Origin: Podarcis filfolensis
Taxonomy: Eukaryota
Strand: one strand, 5' to 3'
Assembly (NCBI GenBank): GCA_964270895.1
Contig: OZ185439.1
DNA length: 64,000 nt
Part shown: positions 40,330 to 51,119 of the stretch, piece by piece
Position numbering within the stretch: the first letter of the stretch is position 1
How the letters are laid out: each line of letters opens with the position of its first letter
The notes under the pieces: model-generated
What the model was told of the DNA's origin: nothing
What the model saw: only the letters and a program-made list of their open reading frames with translations
The model's database searches: none
Program-made: the position numbers and the translations under genes

Positions 40330-41775
40330 CAGTTACCTGCAAGTAAACGAGCCTCATCTGACCTCAGCATTGCCAGCTCCGAAGAGGATAAACTTTCACA
40401 GAATGCCAGTATTCTGGAATCTGTTTCTGAAAAAACAGAGCGTTCATCCACAGAACAGAATAGTACTAGTGCACCTGAAGGTGAAAAAACAAGTGTGACT
40501 CCTGACAAAAATGAAAAGGAGAAATACATTGCAAGCACAAGTGGCACCATACAAGAAGACACTGAAAAGCTGAAGAATGGATCTGCATTGCTCCATGAAG
40601 ATGAGGAAGCGAAGAAGACTGAGAAGACAATTGAAAATTCAAGATTAAGTGAAAACACAGAGTCACAGAAAGAGGAAAAGGAGATTGGCACAGTAGTATC
40701 TGAAACTAACGTTGAGCCCAGTCTAAAAACAGAGGAAGGAAAGGACTTCACAAATGAATCAACGGTTGAAAACAAACAAGAAACAATTCCTGATGATGGA
40801 GGCAGCAGTGCAGAAATTACAGATGCAGTCTCTAAAGCAGCTGTTGTGAAAGAAGAAAGTACCACAAACCTCCAAGAAAATGAAATGGAAGAGGCAAAGC
40901 CTACCGAAGGAATTAAAGAGGTTGAGGAATTGCAAGGGGATGACAAATGTAAAGAGGGTGATCTGAAAGAGGCCGAAAGTCAGAAAAATGAAGTTACTGC
41001 AGGTACTGAAGAATCACAGGTGAAGGTCATAGCTGAGACAGCTGATGAACCACAGAAGCAAATAAAAGAAGGTACCAGTAGTCCACAAGAGATTGACAGT
41101 ACTGGCAACAATCAGGTCACTGATGTAGATAAAGTGCTTGAAAATGCTCAGGAGTCAGCAGAGTGCCTGGCTGAGGATGCTTCTGAGAAAGTCTCAGAAA
41201 TGGGGAAAACGGTAGATTCTGATCAGCAGTTAGTTGAGGGATACAATGACGATTCAAAGAAGACAAGCAGCACAAAGGAAACAGAGGTCAGTGTTTCAGA
41301 AAGAGCAGACAACATTGAGCATAAGCCAGCAGACAAAAAACATACTGAAGAGGCAAGAACTGAGGAAAGCAATATTGCATCAGGGGTTAAAATTGCAGAA
41401 CCTGAACATAAATTAGAAAACAGAGCTGAGGAGAAGCATGAGAATAATATACAAATGGACACAGACCGACCAGCAGTTTCCAGTGGCTTGCCAGTTGAAA
41501 ATAAGCTTGAAGATTCTGCAGCCAAGCAGATGCATGAACATGAGGTGTCTCCAGTACCCAATATTAGCATTAGCTCTGCAGAAAATGAGGCAGAAGATAA
41601 ATCTGGCAATCAGGATAGTGTTGAAAACTCGCATCATGTTGATTCTGAAAGCACTAAAGAAAATGACACAGATTCAGGCAGAGGTTCCACTGCTGACAAC
41701 AGCAGCATTGATTTGAACTTGTCCATTTCCAGTTTCCTCACTAAAAACAAGGAGAGTGGATCAATATCTTTACAA
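40330..41775 (+). CDS. SLK: SLK exon 9 (1446 bp), acidic low-complexity central region
   Basis: tttag|QLPASKRASSDLSIASSEEDKLSQNA...DLNLSISSFLTKNKESGSISLQ|gtaaga. Both ends match recalled SLK, and the frame agrees with the 40495 ORF. TAGCAG tandem acceptor. Confidence 0.95.
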
Positions 41776-42384
41776 GTAAGAGTCAACAATTCTATTAGTA
41801 ACATAGAGATACAGATCAGGGTAGCTAGCTTCCAGCCCATGCACTGGATTTGCCCCACCAACCCATAGGAAGTGGCTCACTAGCCTCCACAGCTTGTCTC
41901 TGAATCTGATCAGGAGGTAAAATTTCTCTACCTGTTCTTTAGATAGGATCTTAAAGGTATGAGATAAAATCAGAAAATTTGGGATTCTGTCTCCATTCTA
42001 AGCCCAAGACTAAGATCAGAGATGAAACTCGCTGCCTGCTTTTTAAGAACAAAAGGCAGCATATTCCTCCACTCTAGCACAGGGGTAGGTGCAAAATAAA
42101 AGGCTGGGTTTCCAGCCTTTACTACACCAGTGCTGGAATAAGAAAGGCTGGAAATACTGAGTGTTTATGTGTGTGTAAGAGAACAAGAGAGTTGTGTATA
42201 GAACTGGTGAGCATGGTATGTGTACATATGTGGTGGTGCATGTGTGTTTGGTCCATATGTGAGCTGTATGGTAGTGCATGTGTATACCGTGACCCTCAGA
42301 GGGGTAGTTAAATATCAACGTGGCCCTTGAGAAAAAAAATGTTAGCTAGCCTTAATATAGGCAGTGTGTAACATACACACTAGA

Positions 42385-42746
42385 GGGACGCGGGCGACGC
42401 TGTGGTCTAAACCACAGAGCCTAGGGCTTGCCGATTGGAAGGTCAGCGGTTCAAATCCTGGCAACGGGGTGAGCTCCCGTTGTTCGGTCCCAGCTCCTGC
42501 CCACCTAGCAGTTCGAAAGCGCATCAAGTGCAAGTAGATAAATAGGTACTGCTCCGGCAGGAAGGTAAACGGCATTTCCGTGCGCTGCTCTAGATTGCCA
42601 GAAGCAGTTTAGTAATTCTGGCCACATGACCCAGAAGCTGTCTGTGGACAAACGCCGGCTCCCTCGGCCGATATAGAGCGAGATGAGCGCACGACCCCAG
42701 AGTCGTCCACAACTGGACCTAATGGTCAGGGGTACCTTTACATTTT
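42385..42746 (+). mobile_element. Full-length Sauria-type SINE with 14-bp TSD
   Basis: GGGACGCGGGCGACGCTGTGG head and GGTACCTTTAC tail. TAACATACACACTA is repeated at 42369-42382 and 42747-42760. Confidence 0.92.
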
Positions 42747-43238
42747 TAACATACACACTATATAATATGTTTTATGTTTATAACTAGATATCTGTCTACA
42801 TATTTAAGTGAAGGTTCCTGAATTCATGCAGAATAAGAATTTTAAGGCTGTCATCCTAGATGTCCATAATTCTGAATTAACAGCTTGAAAATAGGTTTGA
42901 ATTATCTTTCTGTTCTTGGTTACTTTTGTAAAAGTGAAGGTGGATTGCATATGTAGCAGATATTCAGCCTTGTCTGTATATTCCGTAGTATACTGGTCCA
43001 AAATGCCCAGTTGAAGAAATAAATTCTTCTTTAAGAACATACCTCATAGCAAACTTGAGTCCATCTTTGCCCATCTTGTGAAAAGAAACAGAATTAAATA
43101 AAGAAATTTAGGATCTAATTCTGTTGATTGGAAACTGAAATCTTTGAACTTGCAGGCTTTGGGTTCTTTCAAAAATAAGTAAAGGTTGGACAGGTATACT
43201 TTATGCAGCACAGAAATAATGCATGATCTTTTATTCAG

Positions 43239-43369
43239 GAAACTAAAAGACACAAGAAAACATTAAAGAAAACTCGCAAATTTGTTGTTGATGGTGTGGA
43301 AGTAAGTGTGACTACCTCTAAAATTGTGACAGAAAGCGATTCTAAAAGTGAAGAATTACGATATCTTCG
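43239..43369 (+). CDS. SLK: SLK exon 10 (131 bp)
   Basis: attcag|[43 protein letters not shown](R)|gtaagt. Confidence 0.96.
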
Positions 43370-43519
43370 GTAAGTTTGAAAATACCCATTCTTAATGAGA
43401 GAGGATTTCTTCTCTCAATTAAAACAACTTTTCTCATGCTTGTTTTTAATAACTTAATGTGGTTTGATTATATTTAACAAAATTCATGTTGTCCCTTTAA
43501 ATAACGTATGAATCAATCC

Positions 43520-43852
43520 GGACCATATCATCATCATCTGAGGCCCTTCTTTGTGTGCCTTCTCCGTGAGAGGTCTGGCGGGTAACAACACAAGAATGGG
43601 CCTTTTCTGTGTTGGCTCCCTGGTTGTGGAATGCTCTCCCCATCTCTTACATGGCACCTTCATTACATATTTTTAGATGCCAGGCAAAAATATTCCTCTT
43701 CTCCCAGGCCTTTGTCTAATTAAACAATCTATGGCCCAGTAGGAGAGTATTGTTTTCGTTTGTTACTATGTTGTGCATTTTTGTGTTTTTATACTGTAAA
43801 CTGCTCTGTAATCCTCAGATGAAGGACAGTATAGAAATTTAATAAATAATAT
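43520..43852 (+). mobile_element. L2 3' fragment
   Basis: GGGCCTTTTCTGTG...TGGAATGCTCTCCC...CCCAGGCCTTT...CCTCAGATGAAGG...AATAAATAAT. Confidence 0.65.
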
Positions 43853-43978
43853 ATTAAATGCAGATGGTCGTTTCTGCACAGCCCCCCATTGCATCTACAC
43901 TGTACACTGATGCAGAATTCTGAACTCGGTCTGTTTCTTTCTCCCCTGCAATACTGCTTCCATTCTCCTTACTACCAG

Positions 43979-44102
43979 GCGTCAAGAATTAAGAGAGTTA
44001 CGACTTCTACAAAAAGAAGAGCAGCGAGCTCAACAGCAGCTTAGTAATAAACTTTTACAACAAAGAGAGCAGATGTTCAGGCGCTTTGAACAAGAAATGA
44101 CG
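43979..44102 (+). CDS. SLK: SLK exon 11 (124 bp)
   Basis: taccag|[42 protein letters not shown]|gtaagg. Confidence 0.96.
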
Positions 44103-45188
44103 GTAAGGTTTGATTTCCTTGCACCCACATTTTGCAGGCCCCTTATTTTGAGTTAATTTACTAATGTAAGCAGCCTAGAAGTCATTCTAGGTATATCCTT
44201 GCCCTTGTTGCCACATTTCATCTTATGTATTATGAATGAAACTTGCATGCCAAAAGCCTTAACTGAACTGCAAACTACTGCAGTGGTAGCCCTGCATGTA
44301 GTCACTGGCTGCCAACAGTGGAAAAGGCAGTGAAGCACTGCATTGTTTAGCTTGAGAGTGTCTTGTTAAGGCATGGTCAGTACTAGAATTGGCAGAATGT
44401 GGCCACTTCTTACCCTTGCAGGTTAGAAACATTTATTTTCTACTTGTAGGTAGTGAATGCAGCTTTCCAGGATTGCTGTACAGAAGAGGAAGCTGTTGCA
44501 TACTTTGACAACTGTAGAAAATATCTCAAAATAATTTCAGAGGCCCAGTTCATGATCTTTGCCTTTCTGTAGTAGACTGTGGTAACCAAAATACTGTGAT
44601 CTTCTAGCCCATGTGCAATTCTTTTTTCTTTGCAGTAGATAATAAAAAAAACTTACTTGAAAAAGTGTTCCATGTATTGGAGGATCTGCTCATTCATTGG
44701 GCAGAGAAAAATTCTCCCTATTATATCTGAAACAGGCTTCTGTATTAAAGATTGCATACAAAACAAAGCTTAACCACTATACCCTTAACAAAATAGTTTA
44801 CATATGTTGAGTTCCAAATATTAGATTCTTAAGAGCTGAATTTCAGATCACTTCACCATGTGTTTTTTTTGTGTTCAAGAAGGAAATAAACTTTATACTA
44901 TCAGTCCCAGTGAGAAGATAAGAGTTCTGCCAATTTTTTTAAACTCTGTGCAATAACAATTAGTTCCACTTCTGATTCTGAGTTTTGAAGAATTTCTATG
45001 GGGTTTTAAAAGTATTTTTGTGCTTCATAATGGCAGAAAAACCCAGGTAGTGCCTTTTCAATCAGTTAGAAAATCTAGGAACTGAAAAGCATAGGCAATT
45101 GTTACTTGTGCAGACTTCCTCTGCCCTGCCTCAAACCCATCAAATTCAACAATAGGTAAATATAAAATTTAATGGAATTATTTTTCAG

Positions 45189-45368
45189 AGCAAGAAGCGG
45201 CAATATGACCAGGAGATTGAAAACCTGGAAAAACAGCAGAAACAGACAATAGAGCGCTTGGAACAGGAACATACAAATCGCTTACGTGATGAAGCAAAAC
45301 GCATCAAAGCAGAACAAGAGAAAGAATTGTCCAAATTTCAGAACATGCTGAAAAACAGGAAAAAAGAG
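45189..45368 (+). CDS. SLK: SLK exon 12 (180 bp)
   Basis: tttcag|SKKRQYDQEIENLEKQQKQTIERLEQEHTNRLRDEAKRIKAEQEKELSKFQNMLKNRKKE|gtaaat. Confidence 0.97.
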
Positions 45369-46414
45369 GTAAATACTATTTATTTAGTTGGAGGAAATAA
45401 GGTTGGTATTTCTTGGTCTCCAGTGATGTCTGCAATCTTACTTTGAAAAAAAGATGTATCACCATAAGATGCCTCAACAGTAGATGTATTTTTATAATAT
45501 TATTTAGCACTGAAAAGTTTTTTAAAATAAAAAACAGCCATGTGCAATGAAAATAGTAACCTTAGATAGGAGCAAAGAAAATATAATGAAAAAACAATTA
45601 TGTGGTGTAGATGTCTCCACCCTTATGATTTAAACACCATTGTTAGCATAGGAGTTTCGCCATTTATTTGGAACAGTATCAAATGTTATATGTAGTCAAT
45701 ACCTGTACAGACAATGTAAAATTGATCTAGGAGTTCAATAGGGAGAACTGCTAGAATCCATTGCACACATATCTGTCACATGTGCCTCTTTGGATATGTG
45801 TGACAAGTAAAGATTTTCCTTACTATATTCAGTACATATAAAAGCAGCACAAAGGTGGAGGGATGAGGTTACTTGTGCATTGGTTCATGAAACATTCATA
45901 GCAAAATGCAATGGTTTTTTGTTTTTGTTTTTACTTGTAGTTGAATTTGTTAAAAAGGCGATTTAATTAACTTTGTGTGGAAGAGTCTAGAACTCTGTGC
46001 TGTGGAAGACTACTCTGTGCCTCCAGAAAATCTTAAAACTTTGTTTGCATGCATGATTCTGATAGCAAGATTTGTTGTAGCCAACTTGGTTCTACTCATT
46101 ATAAAGCCATTTAAACTAATAATCTAGATTCAACTGATGAGCCCCACTAGCAGAAGCCTGCACGTGGACATTGGATAATGCAACAGGGCTTTCTTCCTCC
46201 CTCCGCACAGCATTAAAGTGGCTCGGATGGAGAAGGATAACCTCCAGAACAGCACACTGGGATAGGAGAGCGGGCTCTTTCCATTTGGCAAGATGAAGCA
46301 GTTGTGCTGCAAGAACGATTACCATGGCACTACTTTGAATTACTCCCAGTGAACCTAAGTTAGTGATGACTGCAACTTCAGTGACTCTACCCTGAGTAGG
46401 ACTGGCATTGGATA

Positions 46415-46655
46415 CAGTGGTACCTTGGTTTGCATACGTCTTGGTTTGCAAATGTTTTGGATTACAAACACATCAAACCTGGAAGTGCATGTCCCAATTT
46501 GCAACCTTTTTTTGGATTGCAACCCATTTTTTTTTTATTACGAACAAATTTTGGGAGGAGGCCCCATTGGCGAAAGCTCGCCTTGGGTTACAACCTGTTT
46601 TGGTTTACAAACGGACCTCCAGAATGGATTATCGTTGTAAACCAAGGTACCACTG
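46415..46655. mobile_element. pogo/Tigger-like MITE (241 bp), different internal subfamily
   Basis: TA|CAGTGGTACCTTGGTTTGCA...TGTAAACCAAGGTACCACTG|TA. Confidence 0.88.
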
Positions 46656-47846
46656 TATAACCCTTGATCTTTCAGAATAACTCACATGGGGGATTGATTG
46701 TAATATATGTTAAGTACTAGAAATGACCCAGTCAGTGATAAAGGCATTTTTAAAATTTGAGTTTCGTTTGAGTTCAGCAGAGAGCATAGTTATGTATCAA
46801 GTTCGGTTGATTTAAAATCAAACCAAATTGAAATTTGTATTCTTTCATTACACTGGATGGGAGAAATACAGCTGTGCAAAATGCAGAAATTCTTCCTATG
46901 ATCTCATTGTTCTACAGAAAGTGCCTGTAATATTTTACTTCTCATCTTAATTTTTAAAAAAGCAGTTCAACAATTTCTAGATAATATACCAATTTTGAGG
47001 CATATAATATGAACAGATTGCACAGATTTCTAGATGCTTTCATTTGGTTTTTAAACAACTTTACATGATTTTTATACTAAGTAATATATGTCATTTAATC
47101 TCCAAGATACCATCACTTGTGTTTAATTTGCACAATATTGACTATTACCTCTTCTTTTTGCTGAATTTCTTGCACTCTGAGTCTCTGTTGGTAATTGGGT
47201 CTCAAAAGGAAATCTGGTGAAGAGGTTTAATGCACTCAGGACCAATCTTTTTCATTGAACAGTAGCATGTGGTGATTTGGGCTTTGTTTTCTGTGGGTTC
47301 TTTGACTTTTAAACAGCCATTTGTTCTTGGATAGTTGTGACCTCCTAGTTCTTTTGTAGGAAATAACATCTAGAGTACTGAATCTCTTCATGAGAGTATG
47401 AAAAATATACAATCATACTTTTGATTATCTATATAACATGCATTATTATTTCCTGGCAAAATGATCCTTTAGATCCTTTGACATACATTGCTGAAAAATA
47501 TTTGTAAGTGGTTGCCTTCTTTGAATGTCACTAGCTAGATAAGCTATATGAAACTGGACACTTGATTTACACTTTCCTATGCTCTGCAAATGCCCCTTTT
47601 GAGGTGGCTTACTTTTATGAAAGTTGTTCTTTAGACAATTGTGTCTCAAATAAGACATAATGTCAACAGTAGCTGTTATTTTTGAGAAATCTAAACATCC
47701 TGCTATTTTGGAGCTTTTCCATGACGGTAAAATCATTTGTTGTCCCTCCCAATATCATTCTTCCTTTGACAACGGTCTTAAATTCCTTCGTGTTATACTG
47801 AATGATTGCATAAAAAGTAAATGTAAAAGCATCTCTAATTAGTAGT

Positions 47847-48079
47847 TGCATGCAAAATGAAACTAGTTTCTAGAATACGATTAGCTCGTGCACCTCTTTG
47901 TAGAATGCAGTCCGCAAATGCTTTGTGCATGTCTGCTTCTTCCATCCATCTTCTGCCAAGCTAACTCTTCTGGCTTCAATGCATGCTCTCTGATAACCTT
48001 TATAATACCTGCTCCTCTCGTATTCACCATAAAATGCTTGCTGTGGAGAAAAAGGGTTATCTTCCCCACCTTCTGCATG
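47847..48079 (+). promoter_or_regulatory. Cluster of four UGCAUG (RBFOX) elements upstream of SLK exon 13
   Basis: TGCATG at 47847, 47926, 47980 and 48074. Confidence 0.75.
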
Positions 48080-48093
48080 CTTGTGCACTATAG

Positions 48094-48186
48094 GTTTTTA
48101 ATGAAGTGGAGAAAGCACCAAAAGAGCTGAGAAAAGAGCTCATGAAACGCAAGAAAGAGGAACTTTCTCAATCCCAGCATGCTCAG
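48094..48186 (+). CDS. SLK: SLK exon 13 (93 bp, in-frame cassette exon)
   Basis: ctatag|VFNEVEKAPKELRKELMKRRKEELSQSQHAQ-like 31 codons (VFNEVEKAPKELRKELMKRKKEELSQSQHAQ)|gtaacc. Corresponds to the 31-aa alternatively spliced exon known in mammalian SLK. Confidence 0.94.
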
Positions 48187-50880
48187 GTAACCGCAGCAGC
48201 TTCATGCTTCTAAAACAACCAAGCAGCTTTGTTCACAATAGCTTTAACCATTCCATAGTGGTTGCTTTTTGTTTTCCCTCTGAGTAAATATGATATTAAT
48301 TTGTAATGACTGGGCATTCTTAAAACCGTAGCTCAAATGTGTCATATAAGCAGAAGTGCAATCTATTCAGTATTCATTTACTTAGATGTGATTAGTTAGA
48401 ACGACAGCCAAAGTTATAAAAATGCAATTTATGTAGTTAAAGTGTGTATTCAGGTGTGGATATGAATTTCAGGCTGTAATGTCTACTTTATTCAGTATCA
48501 AAGAATAACGTTATCAAAGTGTAAAAGTAGTAAATAATATTTTTATAAGCAATTTTTCATTATATCTTACCTTTGAATCTTTTAATCCCAGGCAATGCAG
48601 TTGACATGATGGTGTCCATGTTTATTATTTAATGGCTTGCCTGTACTTTCTGTGTTCCAAGCATGCTATTGCAGCAGACATACTATTGATTACATTTCCT
48701 GTCTGAAACGAAGCGCATCTGAAATATATAAGGATCTGGGTGTGTGGCAGTGTATATAGTGATTAAGGCTATGAAGAACTCTTCACTTGTTGTTGACATT
48801 CCTTGTCTTGGTATTAAATCCCAGACTAAGTACAGATAACTTCTGATATCCATGAATACTTCCTATGTATTCATGCACAATGAGACTGAGTAATTCTGAA
48901 GTAATGCTTCAGGTATAAATTTTTAAAGTGAGCTGTATCACAGTTTCTGTACAAGGGTGTGAGGGGGTCAGGAGACTGCTGCTGAACTCCCTGAATGACA
49001 GAGAAATCTCAGGAGTCAGTGCACTAAAGAAACACAGGTGGAATGTTAGGGGAGTGAAAGAGAGGAAAGAGTGTTAAAATGGAGGCATTGCCAGACTGTC
49101 TAAAGCCAGTTTATCTCATGTATGGAGCAGAATCCAGCTTTTGGAGATATTCACAGTAGTGTATGCTACTTCCCTCTAAAGACAACTGTGTATATTTTAA
49201 TGTGCACATCTCTTGGAACTGGATATTTGAGAAGGTTTACGTCCAGCCAATATTGTACTACATGAAGGCTTATTGAGTAACTACAGTCTTAAATATATTG
49301 GAGAAAATTCATTAATATTTTTGGGGCACAGAGAGTTAACAATATAGGTTAAATAGGACTAGGTTGTAGGGCATTATCTAGCAAAATAAAATAAATACTG
49401 AAGACATGACATAAAGGTTTTTACTTTGTTTTGCAATTGGTGTCTTTATGAATACAGTGTAATTTTTGTTCTCATAGCTCCACCCACATTACTGTAGTAT
49501 AAACTATAGCTTCAGAAATTTTACATCTTTTAACAGAAGTAATTCAGTACAACTTCTACTTTTAGGGAGGGAGGTGCTCCAGTAATGAGTCATACAGTCT
49601 TATTGCTTATGTTCGGTGTTTGAATGCATGGTTTGTGCTTGCATTCTGACCTCGGAAGTACATTGTATTCTGCTCTGCAGGGCGTTGCTCAGGTTATGAT
49701 TCAGTCTTTTCAGTTGTCCTCATGTACCCTCTTCAATGCAATAATGCAGGATGTAAGTCCAACATGCCAAAAATTGGATGTTTCCTCTGTAGTTCTAGCT
49801 TGTTGTTCTGCTTTTTCTCTGACACGCATGTGCTGATGAATTTTTTTAAAAAATCTAAAAATGTGTTCATCTGCACAAAGATTGCGATGGACAAACTGGG
49901 CAAATGAGACTTGTTGATTTTCAGCACATGTGTGAAACCAGTGCTATGTTTTGCTTTTCTGTGTGCAGTGAAACAGGCATTTTCCAGAATGCTCCCTGAT
50001 ACCACCTGACAATGGGTGTTCCCTGCTGTACCTTATAGAGTCAGCCATCCTGAGTTTTGACTCATGGAGCAAGGAACACCCTTGTGACATTTTTTTCTTC
50101 TCTGCCTTGTGCAGTAGTGGTAATTTATTTTTTAAACAAACCCGCTTCTACCTTTGTGTTCTCTCTTCTGTTCCACCAGATGGTAGTTGGGATTTTAGTA
50201 GGAAGGTGGAAAGTTTGCTTTGCAAACTTTATTGAAACGGCCTTTTGTTACATGGCTCTGGGAACAGGAATCTGTAGAACATCTAGGCTCCCCATCAGTA
50301 CTGTATACCAAATCTCTCTGTCTCTTTTAATTGCATAACAATGTTAGTGATCACAAGCCTGACATGGAAGTCTATGTCAACTGACCTTTCGTTCACAAAA
50401 CTACAGAATAGGCTGTGGTAATATCCTTTATCTAGGTTATTCTCATGTTTTGTGTTCTAAAACATACTCATCTAAACTGAGGAAGCCTCAGGACTGAAAC
50501 ACTACTTGCTTTCATTTCAGTTTAATAATCCAGCTCCTGCAATTTGGCAGAATTGCTGCTTGAGAAGGGCAGGTACATTTGCCAATTGTCTCACTTCATC
50601 AAAGCCAATAAGTAGACAGTGGGCCTTTCTTGTTGTTGACATCTGTTTCTACAGATCTGGGTTTTTGGATTTGTCTCTACAAATTTTTGGTTTTTGTTAT
50701 TGGAGCTTTTTCCCTGCTTTTCATTAGAATTTTGATAGTGGTAAACTACAAACTTTTCCTCCCTCTCTTCCTCTCACATGCCCCCCCCCACATCCTCTGA
50801 AATTTGCTCTGGGGTTTCCTTCAACTCTCCAGAACAGATCTGTGGGGTCACGGGGAGTTGAGGCAATTCAATCCCTAAAA

Positions 50881-51119
50881 CAGTGGTACCTCAGGTTACA
50901 TACGCTTCAGGTTACATACGCTTCAGGTTACAGACTCCACTAACCCAGAAATAGTACCTCGGGTTAAGAACTTTGCTTCAGGATGAGAACAGAAATCGTT
51001 CGGCAGCACAGCAGCAGCGGGAGGCCCCATTAGCTAAAGTGGTGCTTCAGGATAAGAACAGTTTCAGGTTAAAAATGGACCTCTGGAACGAATTAAGTAC
51101 TTAACCCGAGGTACCACTG
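50881..51119. mobile_element. pogo/Tigger-like MITE (239 bp)
   Basis: TIRs CAGTGGTACCTCAGGTTA...TAACCCGAGGTACCACTG, TA on the right, AA on the left, and a 16-bp subterminal tandem repeat. Confidence 0.88.

Noticed and set aside
40326-41861. Long minus-strand ORFs (206, 128, 75 and 74 aa) over SLK exon 9
   Set aside because: Antisense shadows of an E/K-rich coding exon. The translations are S/L/F-rich with no recognisable domain.
49820-49935. 14-bp imperfect stem with UGAUGA near the 5' arm (C/D snoRNA-like)
   Set aside because: No CUGA D box before the 3' arm, and a stem of this length and spacing is near chance expectation.
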